Source: a virus
Taxonomy: Duplodnaviria > Caudoviricetes
Length of the DNA: 64,000 nucleotides
IMG/VR virus record: IMGVR_UViG_3300047160_005605
Location: 1 to 64,000 of that record
Direction: 5' to 3' (one strand)
Positions 43,925-54,300 of the stretch are shown one piece after another; position 1 is the stretch's first letter; each line of letters opens with the position of its first letter. A program made the translations under genes and the position numbers. A model generated the notes under the pieces. That model saw nothing but the letters and a program-made list of their open reading frames with translations. It was not told the DNA's origin and made no database searches.

Positions 43925-44965
43925 CTAGGCCGCAGCCGATGTACGAAGCCAATTGATGTTAGATGGAATACAAACCGCCCCAGCAGGAACTTGTCGCATC
44001 ATCCAAATGCCTATCTGCTGGTTAGGATACAGTGTCCCTATGATTGCTCCCGTGGGTCCCGTGATCCCAGCAAACCACGTGACACCAGCGGGAGCGGTTG
44101 TATCGTTGGGGATCGTCGCAATGGGCGAACCCGATGCTTGAATACCATTCACGTCTAGTCCTATCGCAATACCCGGCACAGCATTGATGATGTCCGTAAA
44201 TGCGCCAGCGCTCGCTGTAGTGCCTAGTAATCCTCTGCCTGCCGCTGGCACGGACAGCGAAGTGTCAGTCCGAATCGAGTAATAGACTATCTCGCGCAGA
44301 GTGCCGCCAGAGGTCTGAATATTGCAATATCCTCTAGACGGCCAGCTAGCGAAGGAGCCTGTGGTGATGATGGTCCCTGTTCCCGATGCAGGCAAGAACC
44401 CACCGAAAGAAGCCTGCTGCACACCGAGCGTATGCAGGAAGCGCTGGATGTTATAGACGTTTCCCACTGCTTCATTGCGCAGGATCGACGCACGGTAATT
44501 GGTCTGACCTGTCTCTACGCCGTCCCCAAAACCAAAGTAATTGTTAAAGACTGGATGCAAAGTGACCGTCGCAGCGCCCAAGGCATTGCCACTGGTGATA
44601 TTCGCTGTCGATGTTCGCCGCACGCGCAAATACGATGCTGGTCTGCCTTTGGTCTCTACTATACCGGTAGAACCTTTATTAGGTAAGTTGCAAACCTCAC
44701 CCGGTACGCCTCCCGAGTCATTCCATTGCAGATTGTTGAATCTATCGCAACTCAGCGCGCCGTTACCTTCGAGACAGCCTCCCGAAGCGAAGTCGATCAC
44801 CACGCCGAAAAGCATGTTCTCAAGGTAGATACCATAAGTGAATGCCTCTTGACTAGAACGATAACCCCCGAGGCAAAGGGTAGGGACAATCTGCGTTCCA
44901 CCATCGCTGCTAGCGCCAGTGAAATACTCTCTCAGTGAATCAGCCCTTGTCTGCACGGCTGGCAT
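43925..44965 (-). CDS. Putative tail protein
   Basis: EYFTGASSDGG.Q..P..CLGGYRSS start; tail-module context. Confidence 0.6.
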   Translation of the reverse strand: MPAVQTRADSLREYFTGASSDGGTQIVPTLCLGGYRSSQEAFTYGIYLENMLFGVVIDFASGGCLEGNGALSCDRFNNLQWNDSGGVPGEVCNLPNKGSTGIVETKGRPASYLRVRRTSTANITSGNALGAATVTLHPVFNNYFGFGDGVETGQTNYRASILRNEAVGNVYNIQRFLHTLGVQQASFGGFLPASGTGTIITTGSFASWPSRGYCNIQTSGGTLREIVYYSIRTDTSLSVPAAGRGLLGTTASAGAFTDIINAVPGIAIGLDVNGIQASGSPIATIPNDTTAPAGVTWFAGITGPTGAIIGTLYPNQQIGIWMMRQVPAGAVCIPSNINWLRTSAAA

Positions 44966-45501
44966 TACGCGGCGCTCACAGTCACCATATGGGTCGTTGG
45001 ATTATACGTCACTGCAACATCACCTGCCTTGAGCAGCGGCGGCGTTACTACAAATTCGTCAAACTCCATCGGTGTCGAAGGTTCCATTGCTTTGCTCAGC
45101 GCCATCACCTGAAACCTATACGAAGTCTCATCCGCTAAAAGCGGGGTGATGTAAGTATACACGGGAAGGGTGCCCGTCTCAACTATACTTGTGATCTTCA
45201 CCCAATTGCCTGACTTGCGTTCATCGACTTCATACATGAAACAACCGACAACATCGTACCATTGCATAGTGAGATAGGGCGGGTATAGCTCGGATAGTGC
45301 CAGCGTACTCCCCTCGGCAATTTCTAGAGAAGGAGGGAATTTCTCGTAATGCGGCAGGTTGAAATTATAGGTTGGACTCGTTAGCTGACCACTAATCTGC
45401 TTGCCGTAAAGGATAACGCGATAGTAAGGCGCTGCCGTGGGAGTCCACGTGAATTGCCAGCTACCATTGCTTTGCTGCACGATACTGGTGAAGTAGATCA
45501 C
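44965..45501 (-). CDS. Putative tail protein (FN3-like)
   Basis: LTMQWYDV...YRFQVMALS pattern. Confidence 0.55.
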   Translation of the reverse strand: MIYFTSIVQQSNGSWQFTWTPTAAPYYRVILYGKQISGQLTSPTYNFNLPHYEKFPPSLEIAEGSTLALSELYPPYLTMQWYDVVGCFMYEVDERKSGNWVKITSIVETGTLPVYTYITPLLADETSYRFQVMALSKAMEPSTPMEFDEFVVTPPLLKAGDVAVTYNPTTHMVTVSAA

Positions 45502-45866
45502 TTCTTTGCCTCAAAAGACGGACAACCGTGACAGCAAGCGAGCCCAGCTTCCATAAGCAGTGTGCACCTCTCGTACACTTCGCACGCAAATACTTTGAGC
45601 CTTACTCCTTGGCATGTCAAGCAATCTCTTAACTCACCCGTCGGCTCGCCCAGATGTACGCAGACAGGCAACGTCTTGCCCGTCCTCTTGTCAAAGATCA
45701 AGCGGGGCGGGGGTCTGTCCGAATAGGGACAATGCTTGCAATTTGACCATGTTACTCCTCTCAGATCACTATTGATGAGCTTCGTGGAATAGCAGGGATA
45801 GCGCTGATGCTCGTTGAGCCGACCACGATCTTTACAGGGGGGTAAAACTAATTCCAGAGCGATCAT
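45498..45866 (-). CDS. Cys-rich hypothetical protein
   Basis: Multiple CxxC; ATGA overlap with the upstream stop. Confidence 0.6.
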   Translation of the reverse strand: MIALELVLPPCKDRGRLNEHQRYPCYSTKLINSDLRGVTWSNCKHCPYSDRPPPRLIFDKRTGKTLPVCVHLGEPTGELRDCLTCQGVRLKVFACEVYERCTLLMEAGLACCHGCPSFEAKK

Positions 45867-46735
45867 ACCGGTTCCACAAGCAATGTAGGACTTGAGAAAG
45901 CACACAAAGGCGATCCAGGTACAGGTTGAGTATACAATTCCATGTTAAAGAAATTAGGACCAGTGCAATTGAACTCCGATGCGGGGATATGGTCACTAAG
46001 GGCATAAGTCTGCGACCAGAAAGGGTTGCCTCCACCACCTACAAGATTTATATCCCATGAAGGACCTCCCGCGAAGTTCCTATCATAGTTGAGTTGATAA
46101 TAGGCGAAGGCACCTGTCGCAACATCCGTTACGACCGTTTCAGACCGCCAACCGCACTGAACAGGATTGATGAATAGACTACCATCTCCTTGTAAAATCG
46201 CATTGAGGGTAAAGGTATGGTTCAAGTTCACACATTGGTTATAAAGACTATTGCCCCATCCCATCCCCGCTGACAGTGCTTTCCAAACCAGAGTCACTTG
46301 CTCGCAGCAACAATTCCAATTCTGTGCAAAGCAATCGGGAGGAGGACAAATATCGGTGATCGTAATGGAGATAGTATCCGAGCAACAACTGGTCAGAGCA
46401 ATGCCAGTAAAATCCAATCTGAATGGCTGGCATGTGCACGAAGTGGGATATACTACAACCGTATCGCTGCCGCAGGAGACGATCAGCTTGTAATTCAGGC
46501 AACCAGGAGGGGTTTTGGTTGTATCGCATAACAGGATCAATGTAAGGTTGCCGCAACTCAGTATGGCCGAGCCACTCCACTGCCCACCCGCAGGAGGCAT
46601 GTGAATAACCTGCTTGTCCATGCATACACCACAACCCCCTGGAGCGGAGACATAACCACACAACTCTCCAGCTGGAGGAGGTTGACAACATTGGTTCGGA
46701 CCACAGCATTCACAATCGACCGCATAATCAGGCAC
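45863..46735 (-). CDS. Cys-rich tail-associated protein
   Basis: CECCGPNQCC and similar; tail-module position. Confidence 0.6.
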   Translation of the reverse strand: MPDYAVDCECCGPNQCCQPPPAGELCGYVSAPGGCGVCMDKQVIHMPPAGGQWSGSAILSCGNLTLILLCDTTKTPPGCLNYKLIVSCGSDTVVVYPTSCTCQPFRLDFTGIALTSCCSDTISITITDICPPPDCFAQNWNCCCEQVTLVWKALSAGMGWGNSLYNQCVNLNHTFTLNAILQGDGSLFINPVQCGWRSETVVTDVATGAFAYYQLNYDRNFAGGPSWDINLVGGGGNPFWSQTYALSDHIPASEFNCTGPNFFNMELYTQPVPGSPLCAFSSPTLLVEPV

Positions 46736-48236
46736 CGATCACTCCATTGGTGCATTGTTTCGTACTGTAACTGATTTTCCCATTCACACAGGTAATGGGA
46801 TGAATAGGAATCGCCCCGCTGTACCCTATCGTATCGACCAGCACCTCTCCTCCACCAAGATCCGTGACCTGAAAGCGCACATTCCTGAAGGAAATCTTCT
46901 TGACCCCGCTGATCCAAGGGCCGCCTTCTATGCCTACAGATAGAAGCTTGTTACTATTAAAAGTGACCTTTGCTATGTCAGGACTACTGCCAGGAGCGAC
47001 AGTAAACTCTGGTCCACTGAACTCCAGCGCTGTCGAATCTACTGACCCACCACCATCATCGGACACCGTATAGAAAAAGCGGACTAGCGCTTCATTGATT
47101 CCTCCCTGATCGACTATGAAATTATCGCCATTGAAGGTAATGGTTTGGGTTGGCACAACCGTCGTCATGTCATCTTGCACAGTCAATTGCCACACCATGT
47201 CAGGCGTGGGAGTGAACTTGACGTGAGCCGTGAAGCCCGTCGCCGTCACCGAGAATTGCGGGGAGTCAAAGACGAGCGCCGTTGAACTTACCGACCCTCC
47301 AGCACTGTCCGAAACCGGGTAGAAGAAGTGGACCCCAGCACATTGATTGGCCAATTCCTCAACCCAAAAATTCTTGGGGCTGAAGCACATACTTATGGAG
47401 TTTACAGTGGTGAAAGTATCCGAGACAGGATAGTAAAAACCGATATGGGCTCCTATGAGTAAACCAGTAACATCCAAGATAGAGGTCACTATGAAGTTCG
47501 ACCCGGCAAACTTCATGAATTGTGAATCCACTTCAGGACAATCGCAATCATCCGAGACGGGGTAAAAGAAGTCCACTACCGCCTTATGCTCTCTACCTGG
47601 AACTGGATCACGGATAACGATGAAATTACAATCGCAGAAACCCAATTCGTTGACATTGACAACAATTATCGGCTCGGGAGAAAGATCCTCTTTCTTCACA
47701 CGTTCGACAGTAAGATTACCTGTTCCCGATCCTCCTCCTCCATCATTGGGGAGTTCCATCCAGACGATAGGCTGTCCATCAGGATCCTTATAGCCTGTTG
47801 GACAGCGCCTGGCGACGATGATATCCCCAGCTTGTAACGCCTTGATGTTAGAAACGGGTGGATTGTCTGCCTGCTTCCAAACGTCAGGTTGATTATGGTA
47901 AGCTCGCGCTACAAAGAACTTTTGGTTATCCGGTATCTTCTTAACACGGTTAGCATCAAAGATAAGCGGACTCCCGGGAGGATACGTCCAGTTCGCACAT
48001 TGGACGATATTGTAATAGTCCTGAATGACTAGGCAATCCTTCAGGACGAGCGAGCTAAACATCGGTATGATATTCTGCGAGACGATGAAGCGGTTGCCGA
48101 ACTTCTGGAGGTTAGTACCCCCACCATCACCAGTGACTTGACGAATCAGCGCATCCTGCAAATTCTGCATTTGGGTAGCGCTGAGTTGTGTATCGCCTTT
48201 GCGGGGAGCACGGTAAGATTCGCGTAGGTCCGGCAT
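46728..48236 (-). CDS. Tail protein with repeated F(F/Y)YPVSD modules
   Basis: FFYPVSD, FYYPVSD, FFYPVSD and FFYTVSD in ~35-aa repeats. Confidence 0.65.
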   Translation of the reverse strand: MPDLRESYRAPRKGDTQLSATQMQNLQDALIRQVTGDGGGTNLQKFGNRFIVSQNIIPMFSSLVLKDCLVIQDYYNIVQCANWTYPPGSPLIFDANRVKKIPDNQKFFVARAYHNQPDVWKQADNPPVSNIKALQAGDIIVARRCPTGYKDPDGQPIVWMELPNDGGGGSGTGNLTVERVKKEDLSPEPIIVVNVNELGFCDCNFIVIRDPVPGREHKAVVDFFYPVSDDCDCPEVDSQFMKFAGSNFIVTSILDVTGLLIGAHIGFYYPVSDTFTTVNSISMCFSPKNFWVEELANQCAGVHFFYPVSDSAGGSVSSTALVFDSPQFSVTATGFTAHVKFTPTPDMVWQLTVQDDMTTVVPTQTITFNGDNFIVDQGGINEALVRFFYTVSDDGGGSVDSTALEFSGPEFTVAPGSSPDIAKVTFNSNKLLSVGIEGGPWISGVKKISFRNVRFQVTDLGGGEVLVDTIGYSGAIPIHPITCVNGKISYSTKQCTNGVIGA

Positions 48237-48245
48237 GAGCCACCT

Positions 48246-49166
48246 CTAGAAGTCGAATACGGCTTCAAAAAAGTCGTCGTAATCTACATCATCCAAATAC
48301 TTAATCAGCTTATACCCTTTATTCTCGATAAGAGCGGGCGGGGGACGGCCATAGCGCTGGTCGATAAAGACTGCGTAGGTATCCCAACCGAAGGGATTAT
48401 TCTGGAACTCATAGTGGTACTTGTAACGGTTTTCCTTGACGACCTCCCATTGTACTTCGGTACAAAGCCACGTGCGATCAGGCTGCCCGCGCCATTCTCC
48501 TTTGTTGAGTTTGGCAATAATCGCTGATTCATACTGCGATGGAAAATCCGTGTCGATGTAACCTTCCAGGATGAGCGAGCGCATCGGCACCGTCGCTTGA
48601 ATCTCGCCTCCTTGCGTGATGGTCTCTCCCGAATAATCCTTATCTGCAGGACGAATCACACCATTCTCATCAAGGTATTCATTCGTCCCATCTGGGAAGG
48701 TGTGTTCGACAGTGATTGGCTTTTGGACAGGAGGATCTTGTGAATAATCCAGATAGAAGTTGACTGGAAATTGCTGAATAGAACAGCGCGATTTGGTATA
48801 AAGGACACCCGGAATAATGGCCCGGGGATCGGGTAGCTCTTGTGTGCCTTCAAGAACGTGGCGATAGGTGCACGTTACGTCAAAGCAGCTAGGATCACCC
48901 TCTACAATCTTGACACTGCGCTCATCGAGCATCAATGGTTCAAAACCATCGCCTGTAACCGTATCTGGGATGGTAGGGACACCCGCTGTCTCTAGAGCAA
49001 TCTTTAGGTTCTGGTATGCCGTGAAGGGGTCGGCATCTGTAGGCTGGTATACATTCACCACGCGAAACAAGCGCGTCAGCGAGCGTAGCGCACCACCTCT
49101 CTCTTCAGCAGCAACGGTATCAACATGGTCTATAAAGGCAACTGAATCCGTCAAATCGGCTGACAT
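48246..49166 (-). CDS. Tail-tip protein following the tape measure
   Basis: Position; 306 aa, beta-rich. Confidence 0.55.
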   Translation of the reverse strand: MSADLTDSVAFIDHVDTVAAEERGGALRSLTRLFRVVNVYQPTDADPFTAYQNLKIALETAGVPTIPDTVTGDGFEPLMLDERSVKIVEGDPSCFDVTCTYRHVLEGTQELPDPRAIIPGVLYTKSRCSIQQFPVNFYLDYSQDPPVQKPITVEHTFPDGTNEYLDENGVIRPADKDYSGETITQGGEIQATVPMRSLILEGYIDTDFPSQYESAIIAKLNKGEWRGQPDRTWLCTEVQWEVVKENRYKYHYEFQNNPFGWDTYAVFIDQRYGRPPPALIENKGYKLIKYLDDVDYDDFFEAVFDF

Positions 49167-49174
49167 GGTATCTC

Positions 49175-52006
49175 CTAATGAGTCACCACAGACTTATCCT
49201 GGCCTGTGAACACGCCATAAATCTTCTCAAGCCAATCATGCGTCTCTGGATCCGATGTATTCTGCTTGCGCTCGATATCAAAGCCACGCGACAACCCACC
49301 TGGACCTTCTAGGATAAATTGCTTGAGGTTGATGGCGCGAAAATCAGTGCCTACCGCCGTGCGCATCAGTGGGCTCTTTGTCAGATCCTCCATGCCCTTG
49401 ATAGCTCCCATAAGCGTGCCCTTGAAGGTGCCACGCTCTAGCACTTTCTCCATTTCAGAGGCCTTAGGAGCGAGTGCAGCTTGTATCAATCCTCCTGGTC
49501 CTGGCATTCCCATTCCTTGTATTGCTCCTCCCAGCGCCATCATGGCTCTACCCGCTCGGGGATCGAAAGGCAATGTCAAGTTGAGAGTAGGGAAAGGCGC
49601 TCGTAATCCCATCCCTGTCGTTATTGGAACCAATTCCTTTCGGCGCTGCTCGATAATCTCATTGAACTTGTCAATGTCTATCCTCTCGAATGGTCTCATG
49701 GGAAAGCGCTTCTCAAACTCCGTTTCAGCTTTCTTTTCCGCAAAGCGAAGATCGCCTAATTCAATGTCCCTATAAACCTTGTATAATCCTCTCAAACCCC
49801 TGGGATCAAAAGGATTCTTCATAAAGGCATCGAGAGCCGATTGCAAGGCTGTAAATTCAGCACCGATCCTCCTGAAGATCGAATCAAATGCAGCATGGAA
49901 AACTGCCGTGAGCAAATCCGTTATGGGACCCCAGTTGATCTTGATCCATTCCTTAATCAGATCAAAGGTCGTCATAAAACCAACCATGAGATTCTTGGTG
50001 AGGTTCTTGATGAATGTCCAGGAATTGGTCCCCATGTCCTCTAGCAGAACATCCCAATGATCGCCAATCCATGTCATCAGCTTTGCCCAATTCTCACGGA
50101 AGTTGTAGAAGAAACCGAATGCTGCGGTTACGAGATCCTTGAATCCTTTCCACATGGCTGCGAAGTCGATTTTACCCATTAGCAGAAATAAACCAACAAG
50201 TCCCCCGACCACGAAAACTAACGGAGCAATTGCTATTAAGGTGCTCGCTAAGGACATGAGACCACTTAATAGCGAAGGAATCAAACCAATAAGGCCTGTG
50301 AACAGTGAAGTAAGCGCTGTGAGAGGTGCGGTCACAAGCCCAACAATAACCGAAGCAAGCGAAGTGAAGGCCCCAGCAATTCCTGTTATCAATGACCACA
50401 GCATTTTGAAAGGAGCTATGACCACCGAAAGGAGTGACGTGCCAATCCCTAGCATAAATTTGGTGAAGCCAACAATACCAGAAAAAACGGCTCCAAGTAC
50501 GTTAAAAACCAATGTGATCGGAGAAACCATAAAATTAAAGAATGCCGTAACAATTCGCATAGCCCCGCCAAGTAGTGCAAGCGAAGCAATCAATCCTATG
50601 ACTGACATGGTCATCACTTTGATGGTCGGGTCCATGACATCGAACCAAGTGATTCCTATCTTGATGTAGTCGATGAGCGCATTCAAGGCGGGCAAGAGTA
50701 GCGTCACCAGCGAGTAGCCAACCGCATTGATATTGTTCAGGAGGATGCGCATACGAGCACCAAGACCCTCAACACTGCGAGCGGCCATGTCTTGCATCCC
50801 CGTGAACATTTTCAATTCATCCTCTATCTCCTTTAGTTCTTTCGAGTAACCAATGAGAGGCAGCAAGACGCGCTGGATGCGCATATCGAAGCCGGCCATC
50901 AACTCATTGAGTTTGTTTTGCCTGTCTGACCCAGTCCCTATTACCTTCTCGATGTTCCCGACGATCACTGAGAAAGGAAGTAGCTTTCCCGTCGCAGTGT
51001 CATACATCTGGAGTCCAAGTTCATCCCAAGCATTGCGATACTGGTTGACGGCTTTCGTACCCGCTATCGCTCCTCCCGTAACATGGGTATGGATCCCTTG
51101 ACCCATAGAGGAATGGATCTTCATCTGCCCCACCATCTTCTGACCCGTCTGCTGGATTCCCATCCCCAAGGCTTTCCATCTCGAATCGCTCTTTTCGGCA
51201 GCGGTACCGAGAGCATCAACGGCATAGCGCAATCTATCTCCGGCGGCAACCCCTGTAATCCCTTGCTTTGAGTAAACGGCGAGAATAGACGCACTTTCTT
51301 CCAAGGACATATTCACCTTGCGTATGAGGGGTGCGGCCCTCACGAGGCCCTCTACAAGCGTCTCCGTGTTCGCTGCTGCTCCCCCTAGCACCCCCGCACC
51401 CGTCATAACTTGAGCTATTCGCCCCAGGCTTTCGATATTCTTACCCGCGTCAGCAGATCGCATACCCAGGGCTGCCTGCGCTTCTGAGAGCGATTTTACA
51501 GCTTGCTGGAGATCGAGCGTATTGGCGAGAGCGAATGTCTCAACTGTCCGTAAAGCGCCGAATGCGGAAGCAGCATCATAGCCCGTTCTGCCGAGCGTGC
51601 CCAGAGCTATTGCTAGCTCGTTTGCCGTGAAGGTGCTGCGCTTGGATATGTCGATGAGGCGCTCCTCTATCTCCGCACGCGCTCGGCTGCGATAGTCCGT
51701 GAACCCACCTGGTTGCGTGAAGGCGGCTCCTTCTGACACTTTGCGAAACTGCGCGAATTGGTTCATGCTGTGTGCTACGGCATCGTCTAGCTTGGCAAAG
51801 TTGCGTGTCCACAAGCCAGCCATAAGCGTGAGAGGGATTGCAAAGGAAGAAGTTACCGCTCGTCCATAAAGGAAGGTTTTCTTAGCGAGCCAATTCATGC
51901 GTGCGTCGGCATTGGCCGTCATTTTCATAAAGCTGGAATCATCGCCGATCAGCCTCACGACTAGGTTTTGCAACGTCAGGGTTGGTGCCATGCCGACGCC
52001 AGCCAT
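49175..52006 (-). CDS. Tail tape measure protein
   Basis: LVVRLIGDDSSF start, TP901-like core (ANELAIAL..LGRTG), amphipathic/hydrophobic repeats; follows the chaperones. Confidence 0.9.
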   Translation of the reverse strand: MAGVGMAPTLTLQNLVVRLIGDDSSFMKMTANADARMNWLAKKTFLYGRAVTSSFAIPLTLMAGLWTRNFAKLDDAVAHSMNQFAQFRKVSEGAAFTQPGGFTDYRSRARAEIEERLIDISKRSTFTANELAIALGTLGRTGYDAASAFGALRTVETFALANTLDLQQAVKSLSEAQAALGMRSADAGKNIESLGRIAQVMTGAGVLGGAAANTETLVEGLVRAAPLIRKVNMSLEESASILAVYSKQGITGVAAGDRLRYAVDALGTAAEKSDSRWKALGMGIQQTGQKMVGQMKIHSSMGQGIHTHVTGGAIAGTKAVNQYRNAWDELGLQMYDTATGKLLPFSVIVGNIEKVIGTGSDRQNKLNELMAGFDMRIQRVLLPLIGYSKELKEIEDELKMFTGMQDMAARSVEGLGARMRILLNNINAVGYSLVTLLLPALNALIDYIKIGITWFDVMDPTIKVMTMSVIGLIASLALLGGAMRIVTAFFNFMVSPITLVFNVLGAVFSGIVGFTKFMLGIGTSLLSVVIAPFKMLWSLITGIAGAFTSLASVIVGLVTAPLTALTSLFTGLIGLIPSLLSGLMSLASTLIAIAPLVFVVGGLVGLFLLMGKIDFAAMWKGFKDLVTAAFGFFYNFRENWAKLMTWIGDHWDVLLEDMGTNSWTFIKNLTKNLMVGFMTTFDLIKEWIKINWGPITDLLTAVFHAAFDSIFRRIGAEFTALQSALDAFMKNPFDPRGLRGLYKVYRDIELGDLRFAEKKAETEFEKRFPMRPFERIDIDKFNEIIEQRRKELVPITTGMGLRAPFPTLNLTLPFDPRAGRAMMALGGAIQGMGMPGPGGLIQAALAPKASEMEKVLERGTFKGTLMGAIKGMEDLTKSPLMRTAVGTDFRAINLKQFILEGPGGLSRGFDIERKQNTSDPETHDWLEKIYGVFTGQDKSVVTH

Positions 52007-52398
52007 TATTTCTTATCCTTTCTCATTCTCTCTTGTGCGGCGCGCTTTCGGAGCACTCCCGGATTTATTGGTTTCCTTCCCTTCCCTACAAACTTACCTT
52101 CTGCGTCCAGACCCGCAGCAGGGAACCAGGCAGCTTTCGATTGCTCGGCTCGTCTCTTGCGTTCTTCTGGGGTAATAGGACCAGGCTTTTGAGGTTTCTT
52201 TGCCTCAAATTTCAAGATGAAGTCTTTGGCTGTTTTCTTGCTGGAGAGCATAGCAGCGATTTGGGCAAGGTAGTAATCAATGCGATGGAAGTGGTTTACC
52301 TCCTCAGCGAGAAATACCCTCCATAACATAAATTCCCTAGGGGAAACCTTCTGTTTCGCTTCCCTTAGGGACCATCCCTGCCGGAGACACAGAGTCAT
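52006..52398 (-). CDS. Tail assembly chaperone, frameshift extension (GT-like)
   Basis: The -1 frame from the slippery site is open: KKRLYEGDTLEWMTLCLRQGW... Confidence 0.8.
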   Translation of the reverse strand: MTLCLRQGWSLREAKQKVSPREFMLWRVFLAEEVNHFHRIDYYLAQIAAMLSSKKTAKDFILKFEAKKPQKPGPITPEERKRRAEQSKAAWFPAAGLDAEGKFVGKGRKPINPGVLRKRAAQERMRKDKK

Positions 52399-52403
52399 CC
52401 ACT

Positions 52404-52814
52404 CTAGTGTGTCTCCTTCGTAGAGTCTTTTTTTGCGGCTTCCTCCGCCACCTCGTCAAGCGCTGCCATCTTCTGACAACGCTTGAACAGAACATCCTGC
52501 ACGCGCGGAGGCCACGTCTGCACTTCTTTCGGATCAACGTGCTTCCCCGTCTCCTTGTCGAAAAGGCACTTGCTGATGAGGAACGAGAAAAGACCGTCGA
52601 TGTTTTTCATGCCGATGGGGCGGCCTTGCATGTCCACCTTCTGCCGTGCTGCAAGCTGATTGAGAAAGGCGTCCCGGTCCGTACTCTCGGGCTCGCGGAG
52701 AATGTAATCCTTTGCAATCCCCTTGCGCTTGACGCGGATCGGGAATTCGGCAAGATCCGCGTCAAACTCTTCCACTTGGGGTTCACCGTTGTCGCGCTCG
52801 CTGTCCATCTGCAT
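52404..52814 (-). CDS. Tail assembly chaperone (G-like)
   Basis: Between tail tube and tape measure; slippery site near the 3' end. Confidence 0.85.
   Translation of the reverse strand: MQMDSERDNGEPQVEEFDADLAEFPIRVKRKGIAKDYILREPESTDRDAFLNQLAARQKVDMQGRPIGMKNIDGLFSFLISKCLFDKETGKHVDPKEVQTWPPRVQDVLFKRCQKMAALDEVAEEAAKKDSTKETH
52428..52434 (-). promoter_or_regulatory. -1 programmed ribosomal frameshift heptamer A_AAA_AAA
   Basis: GCA AAA AAA GAC near the end of the chaperone ORF; downstream hairpin ggagacaca/tgtgtctcc. Confidence 0.8.
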
Positions 52815-52819
52815 TCTCC

Positions 52820-53347
52820 TTAGGGGAAGGTGTAATTGGTATCATCGTACACAGGAGGAGTAATCTCGAAGTGGTCGGGAACAAGGGACGTTCCCGCAAT
52901 CACTTCCAGGTTGGAAATGTGGAGCGTTAATTCAGCCATCGGCTGCTCGCCTTCCTTGAACTCGCGCGGCTTGAAATCTTCGATCCATCCCATGACCTCA
53001 AGCGTCGTGAAGTCGGGGAAATTGATGGTGATCCTCTGATTCACACCGATCATCCCCATGACACCCGCGTAGGTTACATCCGGCGTTGTAGTAGCAACAC
53101 TATCGTCATAGGATGAGGTAGCGAAGGCTCCGTTCATCGTGATGGCTTGCGCTGTCTGGAGCGACTTCGGCCACGCCGTACGCCAGGTGTCGTTGTACAT
53201 CGTGGTGGTGTTGATAGGTCCTTCACCTGTGACTCCGGGGGGAGTGACTTCCTTTTCAAAAAAGGAAATGTCGGGACCTAGCTCGAACGTGACAACGGTA
53301 CTAAACCCGTCGGTCAAATAGTCCAATAGCACTGGTGATACCGGCAT
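52820..53347 (-). CDS. Major tail tube protein
   Basis: Position; EKEVTPPGVTGEGPINTTTM motif. Confidence 0.75.
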   Translation of the reverse strand: MPVSPVLLDYLTDGFSTVVTFELGPDISFFEKEVTPPGVTGEGPINTTTMYNDTWRTAWPKSLQTAQAITMNGAFATSSYDDSVATTTPDVTYAGVMGMIGVNQRITINFPDFTTLEVMGWIEDFKPREFKEGEQPMAELTLHISNLEVIAGTSLVPDHFEITPPVYDDTNYTFP

Positions 53348-53362
53348 TGCTTCTCCTTTCTG

Positions 53363-53818
53363 TTAATTCAGTTTGCGATACATGGTCAGGTAGTAATTCA
53401 TCACGTAACTTACACGTCGTTCCTGTACCTCCTCTCCCATCGGTAGAATACCCGTCCTTCGACAGGCGCTACGGATAATATACTTGTTAGTTCCATCCAT
53501 GTCCACCACTGCCAAGTAAAGCTTCTCCATGAACCCAAGGTTATTAGGTTCGCCAACTAGATCAACCAGCTTGTCATAGGCAGTCTTGGGATCCGTCGCA
53601 CGCAGGTGCATATGGATCCCCTGATGCTCGATCACAGCGCCGTTCTTTTGGATTCTCCCTTGCAGATAGGAGCTGGCACTGTAGATCACCAGAATGTTGT
53701 CAGGATCCGTAGGCAGAGCAGACACATAAGCAGGCCATGCCTCATTCGCTGATGGCATTGTGAATAAGCCACCATCGACAAGGCATTTTCTCAGAACGTC
53801 TGGTGCCCCGTAGTTCAT
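53363..53818 (-). CDS. Tail terminator / minor capsid-type protein
   Basis: Position; ALP.DPD...IY...G...Q...R...AY pattern. Confidence 0.65.
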   Translation of the reverse strand: MNYGAPDVLRKCLVDGGLFTMPSANEAWPAYVSALPTDPDNILVIYSASSYLQGRIQKNGAVIEHQGIHMHLRATDPKTAYDKLVDLVGEPNNLGFMEKLYLAVVDMDGTNKYIIRSACRRTGILPMGEEVQERRVSYVMNYYLTMYRKLN

Positions 53819-54300
53819 GGGTTCTTGCGCGATGAGGTCAAATCCCTCACCATATTAAGGTAAATGAACATAGCAAGCGAGCCATCAGCAACTATGCGAT
53901 TCACCGGATCCTCAAGATACTTGTATTTCTCGCCCGGTCTCCTCATGTGATCTTTGCCTGCTGCGATTCGCGCAGCGTATTTGACGTTATAGGCTTCTCC
54001 GTGTGCTATGCCAAACATCTCATGGACATAGACGGCATATTCTTGAGCGGGAGAATTAGGGTTGCCATACCCCGCTGTCACCACTGTTTTGAATCCCTGC
54101 CCCGTGCGCAACACTCGACGGCTGCGCCATAGCTCCCCTGTATCAATGGGAACCTCTTTATCACTCTCCCGTAGGATGAAGAATCCCGCTTGCCGTAGCA
54201 CGACATAGAACCGATATTGATAGCGATTGTATCCTTGATTGATGGACTGGATCACCTTGTCCATCCCTTGAATATCAATGTAGAGCACTTCCCCAGCCAT
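53815..54300 (-). CDS. Neck protein (HK97 gp10-like)
   Basis: VPIDTGELWRS, YAVYVHE, KYLEDP. Confidence 0.75.
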   Translation of the reverse strand: MAGEVLYIDIQGMDKVIQSINQGYNRYQYRFYVVLRQAGFFILRESDKEVPIDTGELWRSRRVLRTGQGFKTVVTAGYGNPNSPAQEYAVYVHEMFGIAHGEAYNVKYAARIAAGKDHMRRPGEKYKYLEDPVNRIVADGSLAMFIYLNMVRDLTSSRKNP

